A stretch of 63,837 bases of DNA, the filler included, from Octopus bimaculoides (lineage: Eukaryota): NCBI RefSeq assembly GCF_001194135.2. It is 5 parts of 5 records of this genome, joined end to end, with 100 filler letters (N's around TTAATTAATTAA, not from the genome) between each part and the next. Parts side by side here need not be neighbours in the genome. Positions count along the whole stretch, not along the records: positions 17,527 to 40,923 come from NC_069005.1; 4 more parts are not named here. One strand, given 5' to 3'. This document shows positions 26,121 through 40,179 of this stretch, piece after piece (position 1 is the stretch's first letter; each line of letters begins with the position of its first letter). The notes under the pieces are model-generated. The model was not told the origin of the DNA and searched no databases. It saw only the letters and a list, made by a program, of their open reading frames with translations. A program made the position numbers and the translations under genes.

Positions 26121-26510
26121 CTTACCAAAACGTACTGAGTTCAAATTCTGCCGTAATAGACTTTGCCTTTCATCCTTTTGGTGTCGATAAAATAAGTACC
26201 AGTTGAGTACTGGACCGACCTAATCGACTTAGTCGAAATTTCTAGTTTTGTCCCAAAATTTGAAACCAATATTATTGAAGAACGTAAAAGGGAATTCGGT
26301 AGGCAGGATTGTTAGCGTCTGGGATACGACAATGCTTTATAGTATTTGCTCCGGATCTTTACATTCTAAGTTCGAGTTCCACCGAAGTCAACTTTACCTT
26401 CCATCTGTTCATGGCGGTTTTTAAAATATGAGGGCGAAGTACTGAAGTCGATTTCATCAGCTAATCGCTCGCTGCAATTTCTGCATTTGTTCCTATGTTT
26501 AGAAGCAATT
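26121..26510 (+). mobile_element. Two SINE family A copies (partial or diverged)
   Basis: Core gactttgcctttcatccttttggtgtcgataaaataagtaccag. Confidence 0.7.
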
Positions 26511-26699
26511 ATTAAAGAGCATTAAGATGGTGGGTTGACAAAACTAGTTGAGCACTCCCATTCAAATCGAGAAAATGGGGATTCAGAATGAAATTAAATA
26601 TCTTGGTGGTTGAATTCTGTTCTGAGTTCAAATTTTTGTTTGATTGACTTTCTAAAAACCTTTTAATCATTGTTCTTTAGTCTGGTGTCTCCCAATTTA

Positions 26700-26950
26700 C
26701 ACTTTAACTGGCATTCCGTCGGTTTCGACGACATCGTGAAATTGATGTGCAAATGACTGAGCACTCCACAGACATGTGTACCCTTAATGTAGTTCCTTGG
26801 GAGATTCAGCGTGGCATAGAATGTGACAAGGCTGGCTCTTAAAATACAGGTACAATTAATTTTTGCCGGCTGAGTGAACTGGAGCAACGGGAAATAAAGT
26901 GTCTTGCTCAAGAGACACAACGCGCCACCTTGAATCGAATTCACGATGGT
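26700..26950 (-). mobile_element. SINE family D, partial
   Basis: tgagcactccacagacatgtgtacccttaa..gagattcagcgtg shared with the 9118 copy. Confidence 0.75.
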
Positions 26951-27124
26951 TNNNNNNNNNNNNNNNNNNNNNNNNNNNNNNNNNNNNNNNNNNNNNNNNN
27001 NNNNNNNNNNNNNNNNNNNNNNNNNNNNNNNNNNNNNNNNNNNNNNNNNNNNNNNNNNNNNNNNNNNNNNNNNNNNNNNNNNNNNNNNNNNNNNNNNNNN
27101 NNNNNNNNNNNNNNNNNNNNNNNN

Positions 27125-27161
<37 letters not shown>

Positions 27162-27164
27162 CTG

Positions 27165-27290
27165 GGTTTGTACGTTAGCAACATAGAATGCCAAATATGT
27201 TGGTGCAACCCTCCCTACGCTAATACCGTTAAAGCTTCTAATCTAAAAACCTTTTCTTATATATTGCTAAATAAAGGGACTCAGGGATCG
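27165..27290 (+). pseudogene. Second Penelope-like fragment
   Basis: ICWCNPPYANTVKASNLKTFSYILLNK resembles the WFNPPY motif. Confidence 0.55.
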
Positions 27291-27849
27291 TTGAGTTTTG
27301 CAACCGCTTAGTAGTTGGAGATCACAAATGTAGACGCAAATTAGTCAACAAGCAAATGACGAAAAGAATGTCATAAACAAACAGAGTAAAATATTTCTAA
27401 AGTTAAGTTATTCGGATCGATATAGGATACATTAAAAAAGACAAAAAAGCTACGAGAAATAATTATGTGACTCGGGAAGAAAGGGGGGGAAATGGCAATA
27501 GTAATCAATGACTAACTTAATTATTGAGTTAATTATACTTAGAGGTTGCTAAGCGAGCTAAGAGTACAAGACGCTTAACTCAGTCCAATCTGGAATCTAT
27601 GTCAGACTCTTCATCAGAAAAATAAGCGTTATTCGCTTTATAACAGGAAATGTTCGGAGTATATTTTGCTAATGTACAGGTAGTGTTACATTTCATACTA
27701 TAATTATAATTTTCCTGTTAAAATTATTCCCGGTGTTTCCAAAGAAATGATTCGTAATTTTCAAAGTAACTATATTGCCATATTCTATGGCGTATAAGAA
27801 AACTCTCAAAAATCACCCCAAATATTAGATGCACTTTTTATCTTTTACT

Positions 27850-28060
27850 CATATCTTTTATCTTCTACATGTTTCAGTCATTAGACGGCGATCATGTTGA
27901 AGCACCGCCTTGAAGAATGTTGGTCGAATGAATCGGCTTCAGTACTTTTTTTTTTCTTGAGCTTGCTACTTATTCTATCTTTTTTTTTGTCGAACCGCTA
28001 AGTTACGGGGACGTAAACTCATCAACACCAGTTGTCAAGCGGTGGTGGGTCACCCCCTAC
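27850..28060 (-). mobile_element. SINE family B 3' part
   Basis: tgtttcagtcattagac...gaaccgctaagttacggggacgtaaac. Confidence 0.8.
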
Positions 28061-30334
28061 CATACACACATATATACATATGTAGCAGAAGTGATTTACA
28101 CTGTTATGATTTGAGATGTTTTTGTTTTTCTCATCTAAGCTTAAATACCCGTAAAACGGCTCCACAAGCTCTTTTCGTTCTAGTGGTCACATGACCACGT
28201 GATTAAACGAACCTGTTGTTTGTATTGGTTGGTTCCCAGCCGTCCAATTGCGTTGGCACAACAGTTTATTTTTCCTTATGCGGGAAATTAATCACTAGCT
28301 TCTGGGAGCCTCCTATTCTGTATAAGAAGGACAGTTTTCGACTGTCCTAGGTCTTTGGCACTCGCCACTGACCACACACGCATCTCGTCTCCAGCAATAA
28401 TGTCCTGACACCAACTAGTCTCCGCTCTCATCTTCACCAGACGCCTGCTTACATCGTTGTTGTATGAAGACCACAGACCAAACACCTGCTTCTGCACACC
28501 AACAGTACGTCAACTACATCGACATAACTACGAAGTTCTCTCACATCTTTGTAATAACCTGTTGTGTTACGTTAATTCATGTATAGCAGACATTGTATTT
28601 TATAATGGAGAATAAAACGTCGCTTTACAGTTTCAATCTCAAGTTGTATATATCTCATTTCAACATTTCCTCATTCACTCACCACTTTGTTATAAGTGGT
28701 GACCTCGTGGTGACCCCCAAGCCAAAACATCTTCGTTATACATGCATGCATGCATACATACATACATGCATACACACATACATACATACATACATATTCA
28801 GTTTCCGCCCACCAAATCCACTCACAAGATTTCTGGCATCTCGAGGCTATAGTAGACACACACACACACACTAACAGATTCAGACGACCTCAAACCCTCA
28901 ATACCAGCCTTAACTGAAACGCAAGCCTTGCCAGTTGCTTAGCGCCCATCTTGAATTCTCCAAACGAAAATACCTAAATAAATCTTGTAAACATATGCAT
29001 ACATACATACATTGTTTCACAAACATGCACTCACACACACACACACACACATTGAGAACTACCATATGACTAGTTAGAAATAACACCCAAGTCTTTTTCA
29101 GATTATACCTTTACTTTGTTGAAAAATAATGAAAATAGTGAAAGGTAGTGAAGGCACATTAGACAAATTAGTCCACGTCAGACAAAAATGCAGTGTGGTT
29201 AAGGCTGAGAAGCCTTTGATCATACGTCTCCCGTTCAACAATGGCTGACGTTGGAGTAAACAACAAATCCCACATTGTTTGATTTTGTGTTTCTCACAAG
29301 ACTGAAAAAGGAGAAGACAAAAGGAAAGGGGCTAAAAATATTTTATTTATTTATTTATTCAATTTAAAAATGTGTGGAAAGCTGGTAAAACCACGACGGA
29401 CTAAAAAAAACGTTCATTTAAAAGCTCTGAAATAAATGAAACAAATAAAAAAAAAAAAGAAAAATGAGGAGAGAAAGAAATACAGACAGAAGAAGAGTTA
29501 AATGTTTCTATGGTTAAATCTTTTTGTAGCCTCCATGAATTAGAAGATCTTGTTTAGGGTTGATAAATCCTCAAGAATAAATTCAGCCCATAGTCTTGGT
29601 AGCGATTTTAAGAACATCTTTAAAATCTACGTCAACATTTTAAAACTTGTCCAATATTTTGGCGAAGAAAAAAACATGTGGGTGAAAAATTTATGTCATC
29701 TCATTAATAAAGAATAGGAGAGAAGCAGAGAAAATACGTAATTATCAGTTAAAAACTTAATAGTTTCGAATGGCAGCCATATTTTCTCTCTCTCAAAAAA
29801 TAGTTTTATTCAGCTATTTCACGATTTAAGTAGGATTTTGTAATATTTATTTTATGAAACTTTTGGTGAGTAATGTTTAATATTGGGTTTAGAATGTTTG
29901 TTTATTTTCGTTTGCCCAATCGATAATACAATTTCTGGTGTACGAATGCAGCCTTAACCGCCATCTTTTTTCTTGTTCTCGAAGAAATTCGTAATTTCTG
30001 ATTGATATGTTTTCGTTAATATTCCTCTTTAACCTCAGGTCAACCCCAATCAAGCAGATCTTTGATGACAGGTGTTCTAGTTTTGAATAGCCCAACTTTT
30101 TTATGTGGGCAAACCATGAGACTACATTGTTTAATGCAGACATTTTTTTTTTTTTAGGTAAGTCGAAAAATGCTAGGTTTTGTACAAAAGTCGAGTATTT
30201 TTAATGCTCTTCACCGATACATGTTATATTCAGTTGCAGCAATTTGCCATACATATGCACCATTTATGCTTCAAAACAATGTCAATACCGTCTATCGGCG
30301 CGCGCGCGCACACACACACACACTAAAATACTAA

Positions 30335-30460
30335 GCATCTCATTCTTGGTCTACCCCAAGGTCTCCTGCCGGTTGACTCGGCTTGAAGAATCCGTCCTGT
30401 GATTCTTTCCTGCGACATTCTGATCGCATGACCGTCGTACCGCAGCTAAATTCCATGCTG
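30335..30460 (-). pseudogene. RTE LINE C-terminal fragment
   Basis: LRYDGHAIRMSQERITGRILQAESTGRRPWGRPRMR, the typical RTE W-GH..RM...GRP.RW motif. Confidence 0.8.
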
Positions 30461-30472
30461 AAAATTCTATCA

Positions 30473-30523
30473 TTTGAGGTACTTAATCCAGACAAATACA
30501 AAACGCGCGCGCACACGCGCACG

Positions 30524-30554
<31 letters not shown>

Positions 30555-30770
30555 CATAAGCTCATTAGACAACGAGGGAGCGCTACGCGGCAGGGTACGT
30601 AGGTCGGAGACCAGGGAGTCTCTTACTAGGTAGAGTCGCTACTTCAATGCATTGAAGATCAGAGAGTCTCTTTGATCTTCGAGCTACGTACTCTGTCGTT
30701 GTCTAATGAGCTTGTCTGGATGTGTGTGTGGTTTTTCTTTTTTCTATTTGTCTGGATTAAGTATCTCAAA
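30473..30770. repeat. ~300-bp foldback element with internal hairpins
   Basis: tttgaggtacttaatccagacaaata / tatttgtctggattaagtatctcaaa; (CA)/(TG) arms; aagctcattagacaacga / tcgttgtctaatgagctt; three central hairpins. Confidence 0.88.
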
Positions 30771-31563
30771 GGAATAAAGTTTTCATTATAGAATCGTTGT
30801 AGGTATCCTAGGGTAGCGGTTTCCAGGTTGGGCTCCGTGAGTTTGACCAGACAAAGCTTTTATTGGGTCATCCCATAAATAATGCGGTTTTTTCAATTGC
30901 ATGAACTAAATTCAGAGGGGGACGGGATAAACTACCTGCAATAATTTGCTATAAAAGCAGGTAGTAATTTTACCTTGTATTTATTCTTAGTGCAAGCTTT
31001 GAATGGTGACGTCCTGTATCCATAAATGCATCCCCCTTTTTTTTCCTCTCTCTACCACTCTTTCTCCTTACCCCTCGCTGGTCACATGTGACCGGCTACT
31101 GCTTTCTTTCTTCTCTTGGCCACTGCCAAGCTAGCACGAACTTTCTTCTCTCTTCCCCCCAAGTTCGTCACACCACAGCGTTCAGTATACAGATATTTTT
31201 TTCACATCTGGCCTACAGCCCTTCTTGTTTATTTTCACTGTTTCGTCTTCCTGTTGTGTTTTCTGTTTGCCACTTAATTCCCCCGCATTACAAATTTAAT
31301 TTAATTTGTGTCCGCGGGAAGAGCTATTCTAACAATGCGTCCTGCCCTAACTCTTCGAAACGCTTAGTTTAGAATAGTGGCAGCTGATGAAGCAAATATT
31401 CTCTATGTGGCCTGTTTGTTTTCTGTGCTCTGTTTATGTTCTGTTTTTCATTTTGTCCACGTTTTTTTTGTGACGTCCTGTACCCAGATATGCATCTATA
31501 TATATATGTAGATGTAGGTATGTACATACATGTACGTATATATGCATATACTCACATATTATT

Positions 31564-31594
<31 letters not shown>

Positions 31595-32239
31595 NNNNNN
31601 NNNNNNNNNNNNNNNNNNNNNNNNNNNNNNNNNNNNNNNNNNNNNNNNNNNNNNNNNNNNNNNNNNNNNNNNNNNNNNNNNNNNNNNNNNNNNNNNNNNN
31701 NNNNNNNNNNNNNNNNNNNNNNNNNNNNNNNNNNNNNNNNNNNNNNNNNNNNNNNNNNNNNNNNNNNNNNNNNNNNNNNNNNNNNNNNNNNNNNNNNNNN
31801 NNNNNNNNNNNNNNNNNNNNNNNNNNNNNNNNNNNNNNNNNNNNNNNNNNNNNNNNNNNNNNNNNNNNNNNNNNNNNNNNNNNNNNNNNNNNNNNNNNNN
31901 NNNNNNNNNNNNNNNNNNNNNNNNNNNNNNNNNNNNNNNNNNNNNNNNNNNNNNNNNNNNNNNNNNNNNNNNNNNNNNNNNNNNNNNNNNNNNNNNNNNN
32001 NNNNNNNNNNNNNNNNNNNNNNNNNNNNNNNNNNNNNNNNNNNNNNNNNNNNNNNNNNNNNNNNNNNNNNNNNNNNNNNNNNNNNNNNNNNNNNNNNNNN
32101 NNNNNNNNNNNNNNNNNNNNNNNNNNNNNNNNNNNNNNNNNNNNNNNNNNNNNNNNNNNNNNNNNNNNNNNNTTTTGGTTCTTATATTTCCTTTGTTGTT
32201 TCAACCAGCGATAAACAATTTTATTTCCCAATTCATATA

Positions 32240-32682
32240 TCATTTAGTTATAGTGGTGGTGGTGGTAGTTGAGGTCGTGGTGGTTCTTGTGGTAGTGGTG
32301 GTGGTTATGAAGGCTGTGGTGCTTATGATGGTAGCAGTGGTAGTAGTGGTGGTAGCTGTAGTGGTTGTGATGGTGGTAGTGTTTTTAGTGTTGGTGGTGT
32401 CAGTTGTAGCAGTGGTGGTAATTGTGATGGTGGTGATGGTAACAATGGAGGTGCCGTTGTTGGTGGTGGTGAGGTAGTGATGGTTGTTGTAGTAGTGGTT
32501 GTGGTGGCTATAGTGTTGGTGGTGATGGTAGTAGCTGTAGTAGTAGTTGTGGTGGTAGCAGTTGCGATGTTAGTGGTATATTAGTGTGGTGTGGTAGTGG
32601 TGGTGGTAGCGGCAATAGTGTTGAAGTGATAGTTGTAATAGATATGGAGATAGTGCTGGTGGTTGTAGAAGTGTCGGTCCTG

Positions 32683-32739
<57 letters not shown>

Positions 32740-33310
32740 AATGTGGTTGTGGTGGTTGTTGTGGTGGCGGCAGATGTAATGGCAGGTGGTCGTAATAGCA
32801 TTTGAGAAGGTAGCAATGGTAGTACTAGTAGTTGAGATTGTAGCAGTTGCAATGGTAGTATGAGTGATAGTACCAGTCATAGTAATAGTTGTTTTAGTTG
32901 TGGTGATTACTGTAGTTGTGGTAGTAGTAGTAGGATTTACTGTGGTTATGGTAGTAGTATTTTTAGAGGAGATGGTAGAGTGGTGGTGCTAATAGTAATT
33001 GTTGTGTTAGTGGTAGTTGTAGTAGTAGTGATAATGGTAGTGGTGGTAGTGTTGGTTGAAGCAGTAGTGGTGGTGGTGTTGGTTGTAGCAGTAGTGGTGG
33101 TGGTTGTAGTAATAATGTTGTAGTAATAGTAGCAGCAGTAGTGATGGTGGTGGTAATTGTAGTAGCAATAAATATATTAGTCGTGATGGTGATGGTGGTT
33201 GTAGTAGCAGTAGTAGTGGTGGTGGTAGTTGTTGCTGTAGTGGTGTAGTAATGGTTGTGTTGATAGTAATTTTGCTAGTGTTGGTTGTAGTTACTGCTGT
33301 AGTCGTAGTG
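32240..33310. repeat. Cryptic (GTA/GTG/GTT)n trinucleotide low-complexity region
   Basis: Seen directly; gives poly-V and poly-T pseudo-ORFs. Confidence 0.95.
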
Positions 33311-33949
33311 GTTGGGGCTAGGTCTCTTCAAACCGGAAACAGCCTGGCTCTAGCGCTTGCCCTAGAGTCTGTCCTGTCAAAGACACTCAAAGACTGGGAT
33401 GGGTAAAGTGGCATTAAACCAGAAGAATTTACAACAACCTTGTCCATCCCCTCCTCCTCCTTAAAACCCCGGCAAAACTACAGCAGTATGACCCCCCACC
33501 CCACCCACTTTATTTCCTCATAACCTTCTCAAAAATGAATAAGCAGAAGGAGAGGAGACACGTGGGATAGGAGTCGCTGAAGAGGTGACAGGATGTGAGA
33601 CGAAAGAACTTTGACAAAGTAACTAAAATGATAATAATAATGAAGCTGAAGTGAAGATCAAATATACAGTGCGTGTGTTTAATTGGCAAAATATGACCAT
33701 CCCCAAGTATAACAATATTTTAACCCTTTAACATTTAGACCACCCATATCTGGCGAAAATATTCTCCCTGTTGTATGTTCAAACCGGCCAGATCCGGCCT
33801 CTCACACCTACCCAACAATGTCATTATGAAAATAAACAATCATATCACCAAAATCTCAAAGCTAGGAGATTATGAATGATCAGTTCGTAACAGTGTGAAT
33901 AAATAAGCATTATATTTGACAGAGTAGTCTCAATGCTAAACAGTTGTCT

Positions 33950-34345
33950 TTTATCTTTTACTTATTTCAGTCATTAGACTGCAGTCATGCTGGGGCACTG
34001 CCTTGAAGAATTTTTTGTTGAATGAATCGACTCCGGTACTTATTTTTTTTTAAAGCCTGGTACTTATTCTATCGTTCAGTTTTGCCGAACCGCTAAGTTA
34101 CGGAGACGTAAACAAACCAACACTGGGCGTCAGGCAGTAGTGGAGGACAAACACATACATAAATGTACACACATAAATATATACGACGGTCTTCTTTCAG
34201 TTTCCGCCTACCAAATCTATTTACAAGGCTTTGGGGGATCCAAGACTATAGTAATAGACACTTGCTCAAGGTGCCATGCAGTGGGACTGAACCCGGAATC
34301 ACGTATTTGGGAAACAGGCTTCTTACCATATAACCACGCCAGCGC
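33950..34345 (-). mobile_element. SINE family B
   Basis: Homologous to 11415-11845. Confidence 0.85.
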
Positions 34346-34714
34346 GCAAAAAAGAAGATAAACCATTGAGAGCCAACGCAGAGAGATCTGACGAGTGTTC
34401 CAGAAAGGATTAAGGCTCTTGTTCTTCAGCCTTTATCCAGCAGTTTATAATCTAAGATATTCCTACCATGATAACCAGTAACATAACTCGAGTGTATATG
34501 GCCCGGGGCATCACTTCAGTTTGACGCCTTCCCCCATCCTCAGCCTCTACAAAATATACAACATATTGTACAGATCCAAAAGTGCCCCTCCCCTCCAGGA
34601 AAGTGTCACTCGGGACGGACCATCCCTCACTCCCCTTCCTAAACTACGGTACTGGTGACAACCCTATCTTCAAATCTGATACAATGTATCCAATTCCGCT
34701 TTGTAGTTCACCTT

Positions 34715-35130
34715 TTCCAGTTATTGGGCTGCAGCCATGCTGAGGCACAGCTTTGAAGAGTTCAGTCGAACAAATCGACTCCAAGACTTATTTTTGAAAG
34801 TCTGCTACTTATTCTGTTGGTCTCTTGTGCCGGACCGCTAAGTTACGGGAAGGTAAACAAACCAAACGAGTTGTCAAGCAGTGTGGGGAGGCACACACAC
34901 AAACACGCGCACGCACACACACACACGCATGCACACACGCGCGCGCATGCACATACACTCATGCGTGCGCACATACACACCATGGACTTCTACACAGTTT
35001 CAGTCTGCCAAAGTCACTCACGAGGCATTGGTCGTCCCAGGATTATAGAAGACACTTGTCCAAGGTGCTGCCCAAATGGATTGAACCTGAATCTACGCGG
35101 TTACAGAGCAAAGCTTCTTAACCACACATC
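34715..35130 (-). mobile_element. SINE family B (diverged)
   Basis: Homologous to 11415-11845. Confidence 0.8.
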
Positions 35131-35209
35131 CAGAAGCAGAAGTATGTGGATTGATGGAGATTTATTTATTTATAAAATTTTTAACAGGTCCCACGATTTC
35201 ATGCACATA

Positions 35210-35256
<47 letters not shown>

Positions 35257-35939
35257 CTTCGATGACCTGTGCGCGCGTTTGTAATCAATAATCAATACTC
35301 TTTTACTCTTCTATTTAATCCATCCCATGGTCTCTTAGCTCTTAGATCCTCCAGCGCAGTCAATACAACAGGCAACGGGCCTACTCCAAACATCCCAATA
35401 GCTCACTCTCCTCTTGACTCCACTCGGGCCAACTCTCAACGCTATCATGTCCTCATGGAACGTACAGTACCACCTCTTCTTTAGTCTTCCTCTCGGTCTG
35501 TTTCCTCCTCCCAGCGTCTACATTCTTTCAACCACTTGAATTATTTAAAATTCTTAAAAAGATAAGCCTCTTATTGTCATTTCACTGGGCCGACACTGAA
35601 GAAGGTTGTTGACATTACCAAAAAGGAAAATTCCACCTAACGTTTGAAATCTTGATACATTCTTCGATACAGTTTTGTCATCTTCCGAAATGAAGGATGA
35701 TGGAATTTCTTTACAATTTCCGTTTGCCATTTCAATCGCCGTCCAGTACAGAACAGCAATGTGGCTTTGCCATTTATGAAAAAAAAAAAAGAAAAAAAAA
35801 TGCAAATATATATTTCTTAGATTTAAAAATATTTCCTCACATACACACACACACTCTCTCTCCCCTTCCGCACATACATTCATAAAAGTTAGAAATAGAG
35901 AGTGAAAACAGGACATATATGTATATATACGTACCTATA

Positions 35940-36900
35940 TCAGGTCATCCCATAAGTTCTGTCCGAATGTTGAATAAAGAAAACAAGTGATCAAATGTTA
36001 TATTTAATTGAAATTTAATCATCAATGTACTTTCCCTGATTATCTGATTTCCTTCCATCTATTTACAAGCTTTTTAATCCCATCAATGTAAAACTCTTTT
36101 GGTTTCAAGCGAAGAACTCTGGTTTGCGAAAGTTATGTCTCCCAAATGATTCTGTAAACTACGAAACAAATGGTAGTCTGAAGGAACAAGGTCGGGAGAA
36201 TAAGGGAGATGAAGAATTTTTTCCCAACCAAGCTCTTCGATCTTCTGTGATGTGATCTTTGCAGTGTGGGGTCGCGCATTGTTCTGATGAAACATTACAC
36301 CTTTTTGATTCACTAAAGCGGGTCTTTTTTTCTTCAAAGCTTGGTTCAAACGCTTTAATTGCCGACAGTAGACTTGAGCATTGATTGTTGCATTAGGTGG
36401 TAATAATTCAAAGTGAATTACTCCTTTGCAATCCCACCAGATAGAGAGAAGAACCTTTTCCCCATGAAGTTCCCTTCTCGGCTGTGGTTGAGCTTTTTGT
36501 CTTTTACCAAGCCACTGTTTACGACGTTTAACATTTCGAAAGAAGATCCATTTTACGTCACCAGTCACAAGTCTATCCAAAAAGGGGAAATGGTTTGAAC
36601 TAAGCTTTATTGCCAATTCTCCAACTGATAATGCATGATTTTCTTCAAGTAATGCCTCAAGGAGCTTATCACCAATCCCAACTGGACGTCCTGTTCGATC
36701 TTCATCTTCAAGGCTGAAATCTCCACTTCTGAATTTTGCAAACCATCTTCGGCAAGTTCTTTCAATTAAGCATTCTTTCCCATAAACTGAGTGTATGTTT
36801 CGAGTCGCTTTGGCTGCAAAGTTTCCTTTTTTGTACTCATAAAGCATTATGTGCCTCAAATGCTCTTTGGATACTTCCATGTTAGAAAGGGTTTTGTATC
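35940..36900 (-). mobile_element. Mariner transposon with inactive transposase (ORF 36083-36880)
   Basis: HTH region (KEHLRHIMLYEY...RRWFAKFRSGDFSLEDEDRTGRP), TGD, HQNNARPH (second catalytic D mutated to N), YSPDLVPSDYHLF. Internal deletion lacks the WVPHEL linker; frameshift before GKYIDD*; TA-TCAGG terminal end at ~35938. Confidence 0.93.
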
Positions 36901-36914
36901 AGGTTTAAAAAAGT

Positions 36915-37070
36915 AAAAACTGGGGTCGATTCACTCGACTAAAATTCTTCAAGGCGGTGCTCCAGCATGGCTGAAGTCTAATGACTGAAACTATATATAT
37001 CTTTTCATCTTTTACTTGTTTCGGTTATTAGACTACGGCCATGCTGGGGCACCGCCTTGAATTTTTTTGA
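36915..37070. mobile_element. Two oppositely oriented SINE family B tail fragments
   Basis: ggggtcgatt...ggcggtgctccagcatggc..aatgactgaaac and its reverse complement. Confidence 0.75.
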
Positions 37071-37421
37071 GATCTTGCTCCTGCTTTTTTTCTTTTTCTT
37101 TATGCCTGCTTAAACATGGATGTTCTGTTGGGACAAACTATACTGCAGTAGTTACCATGGTAACTACCGTAGTATAGTTTGTCCCAACCAGGAAACTACG
37201 TTTAAGTCGCAAATAAATATTTTTCAACAATCTTACTTGTTTTTGTTTGTTTCTAGACTACTTGGCTTTGTATATATCTTAGCGTTGTTGTGCAAGTTGT
37301 TACAGACTTTAAATTTCAGCACAGTCATTGTTGACAGCCGTTGTCTTTAACTGACAGGATAAGATAATTTGCCATCTCCGACTTGACAGTTACCATGTAT
37401 GTATGTGTGTGTGTACAGAGA

Positions 37422-37457
<36 letters not shown>

Positions 37458-37769
37458 GAGGAGGAGGAGGAGCGAGTAAATTTAAGCAGTGTTAAATAAA
37501 TATCTTATTAATAAGTTAAATGTGTTAACTTTTTTCTGTTAATTGTTCCCTTCCTATCTTACTAACTTGACTGGTTTTTATGTCAAGCAAAAATGTATCG
37601 AGCTGATAAAGCCTCTTGTTAGACGCCACTTCTTGTCTGATTATTTGGGGCCACGATAATTAATTTTTTGGCATTCCCAGGAGCTGCAACGTCTAATTGC
37701 CCATGCAAGAAACACAGGAGCGAGAGAGATTTAAAACGATTGCTTTAAAGGTGCCTTTACGAGGCTATT

Positions 37770-38460
37770 ACTAGATATCGGTATCTTATTGGTGGTCGTA
37801 GCAAAACATAATGTGAATGGAAATTGGAGGTGTGGAAACTTGAAGGGGAGCTGAATGTCTAACAGTGCAATTGGCATTCTTTGTGCGGGGACGGTATTAT
37901 TTTTGTAGGGTCTGCAGGAAATAATAGTTTCGATGACACTAACATCGAACCATGAAATGATACATAGTTCCTTTCGCTACTTCTGTTCGACTCGTTTTCT
38001 TACCTGTAGCATCTAAGCGTACGAACTTCTCTTGGGACCGTCGTTAGCTCATGTGATCCCAAACTAATCGCAGGATGAGCAGCTGTCTCTATTGGACGTA
38101 CAGTGGACAGATTCTGGCATACAGAACTTTGATGTCGGGCTCTTGGGACCACCCAAATTAAACATTAAGGAAAGTTATTCATCACGATGGATGGCTGGGA
38201 GGCTCAACTTTAGTTTCCAGGATGTGAGAGGATATTCCTGAAAGTTCAATTTAACTTAAGGTCTTCGCTGGGTAGGTTACAGCTTCTTTACCAGATAATA
38301 CTTTCCACAAACTTGTATGTAGGTTCTCTTTGCTTGAAAATTCTTCCAATGACCAATTACTATATCTAATGGACTCGAACTTTATGGCTCTTTTGAGAGC
38401 ATACCACCATTTGTTGTTTATAATGTCACCAGTCAATGACCTCATCACTAACAACCTAAC
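37770..38460 (-). pseudogene. Helitron Pif1-type helicase remnant
   Basis: Minus strand EAVTYPAKTLS*IELSGISSHILETKVEPP (cf. YP.EFLNSLEPSG.PPH.L.LKVG) and VIETII...RMPI..LDIQLPFKF..LQFPFTLCFATTTNK (cf. PFEFKRLQFPVRLAFAMTINK). Confidence 0.75.
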
Positions 38461-38869
38461 TGGCTCTCTCTCTCACATCACACGCCAGTAGCAGATAGGA
38501 GCTAACGCACAGGAGAAAACCATGGCTTCCACGCATCAAACTATTTTCATTTATCATCCAGCTTGTGTATGTACGTGTGGCCACATTAAAGGTATATAAA
38601 GTCACAGCCTTGTTTTATGTATTCTATATACCGAGTTTCCTGTCAAATGATATTTCAGCCTTCTGAATAGAGTCACATTAGATGGCCCCACAACATATCC
38701 ATCTATACATACCTGGATTTGCAGGTTACCTGCTGCCAGTGAGATACCCTCTCAACTCTGCATTGATCCCTGATTTGAAGGATTAATTTGCGTGGAATTT
38801 TCGGAATAAACTGTCTAGCCAAATCACTCGTTCTTCACTGTTGATTTGCCTTGGTCTAATTTAACTGAT

Positions 38870-38989
<120 letters not shown>

Positions 38990-40179
38990 CGAAAACCGCA
39001 ACTTTATAGCGTTTACTAATGCACGTACATTGAGTATGTGATATTGATAGTGTTTATATTATTAAGCAGCTTCAGACACAAAATTTGAAGTTTGTATATA
39101 ATTCTAATGAAGGAATAGAGAAATCAAATTTATGTTCTGTACGTTTCGATGCAAGCTCACCACTTATTTCATATTACATGCAAGAGTTATGCAATGTAAT
39201 CTAGAACCAGTTTACTTCGTCAGACATTATTTTGGCTTATAGTTGACTTATGAAAGAAAATATTTTCTCGGAGTTTATAACATATCTATTTGGTATACAT
39301 GCCTCAGATATCGGTGGGCTCATATAGTAATTAGCTGAAGAGTAGCCAATCATTATTTGATTGATTAAAAAAATGTAGTTTTCATACTACTATTTGAACA
39401 CTGCTAGCCAGGTTCTAGTATGAAATACTGCTGAGGTGATCGCCTGAATTCTATTTATTTATATGTACTGTTCACAATAAAGAATATTCCCATACCTTCT
39501 CACAAAATTTACCACAAATTTATAGTTTCACACCAGACTCGATTTTGGTAGTAACTTTTTTCCCGCGTTTTTCTTTGGGGTGCAATCGTCTTAGTTGACC
39601 TCGTAAGCTGTCGGAAATGCATTTTTTCTGCGAGGGGTGGGGGTGGGGCGGAATCTCGGAAATTCCCCTTTCCGAACCCGTCTCCTGTGTTTTTATTTAT
39701 CGTTACAATCGTCTTAATTGACCTCATAATGTCTGGGAAATGCATTTTGTCCGTGGAAAACGGAGGAAGTGGGGTAGGATGCACTCTCGAGCGATTTCTT
39801 TTGACCTTGTAATACACCGTAAATGAATTTTTGCCATAAATTAATCGATAAAACAAAACTTTGCAGCACATTTTGGGTATGGGGAAGTAATTTACAAAGA
39901 TTTTAATGAAACATATCAACCAATTGACCTTAAAATTTAAAATTTGAAAAGTATTTAACCTACTTTATGCAGTTAAAGGGCAGACCTGTTCCAAAGACTG
40001 ATTATTACATTAGAAGGATAACATAGAAAATATATTTTTACGAGAAAGATTCTGCCAACAATCCGACCGAGAATAACTATTAACCCCAATTCTTGTCTTT
40101 TATTACTAGAATGGTCTCTTCTTATCGTCTATCTCTCACCTACAAATAGAAGCGACCAATTCTATAAACGGTACAGTGT

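Noticed and set aside
32240-33310. Poly-Val or mucin-like poly-Thr ORFs
   Set aside because: Cryptic trinucleotide repeat with scattered stops in all frames and no splice or start context.
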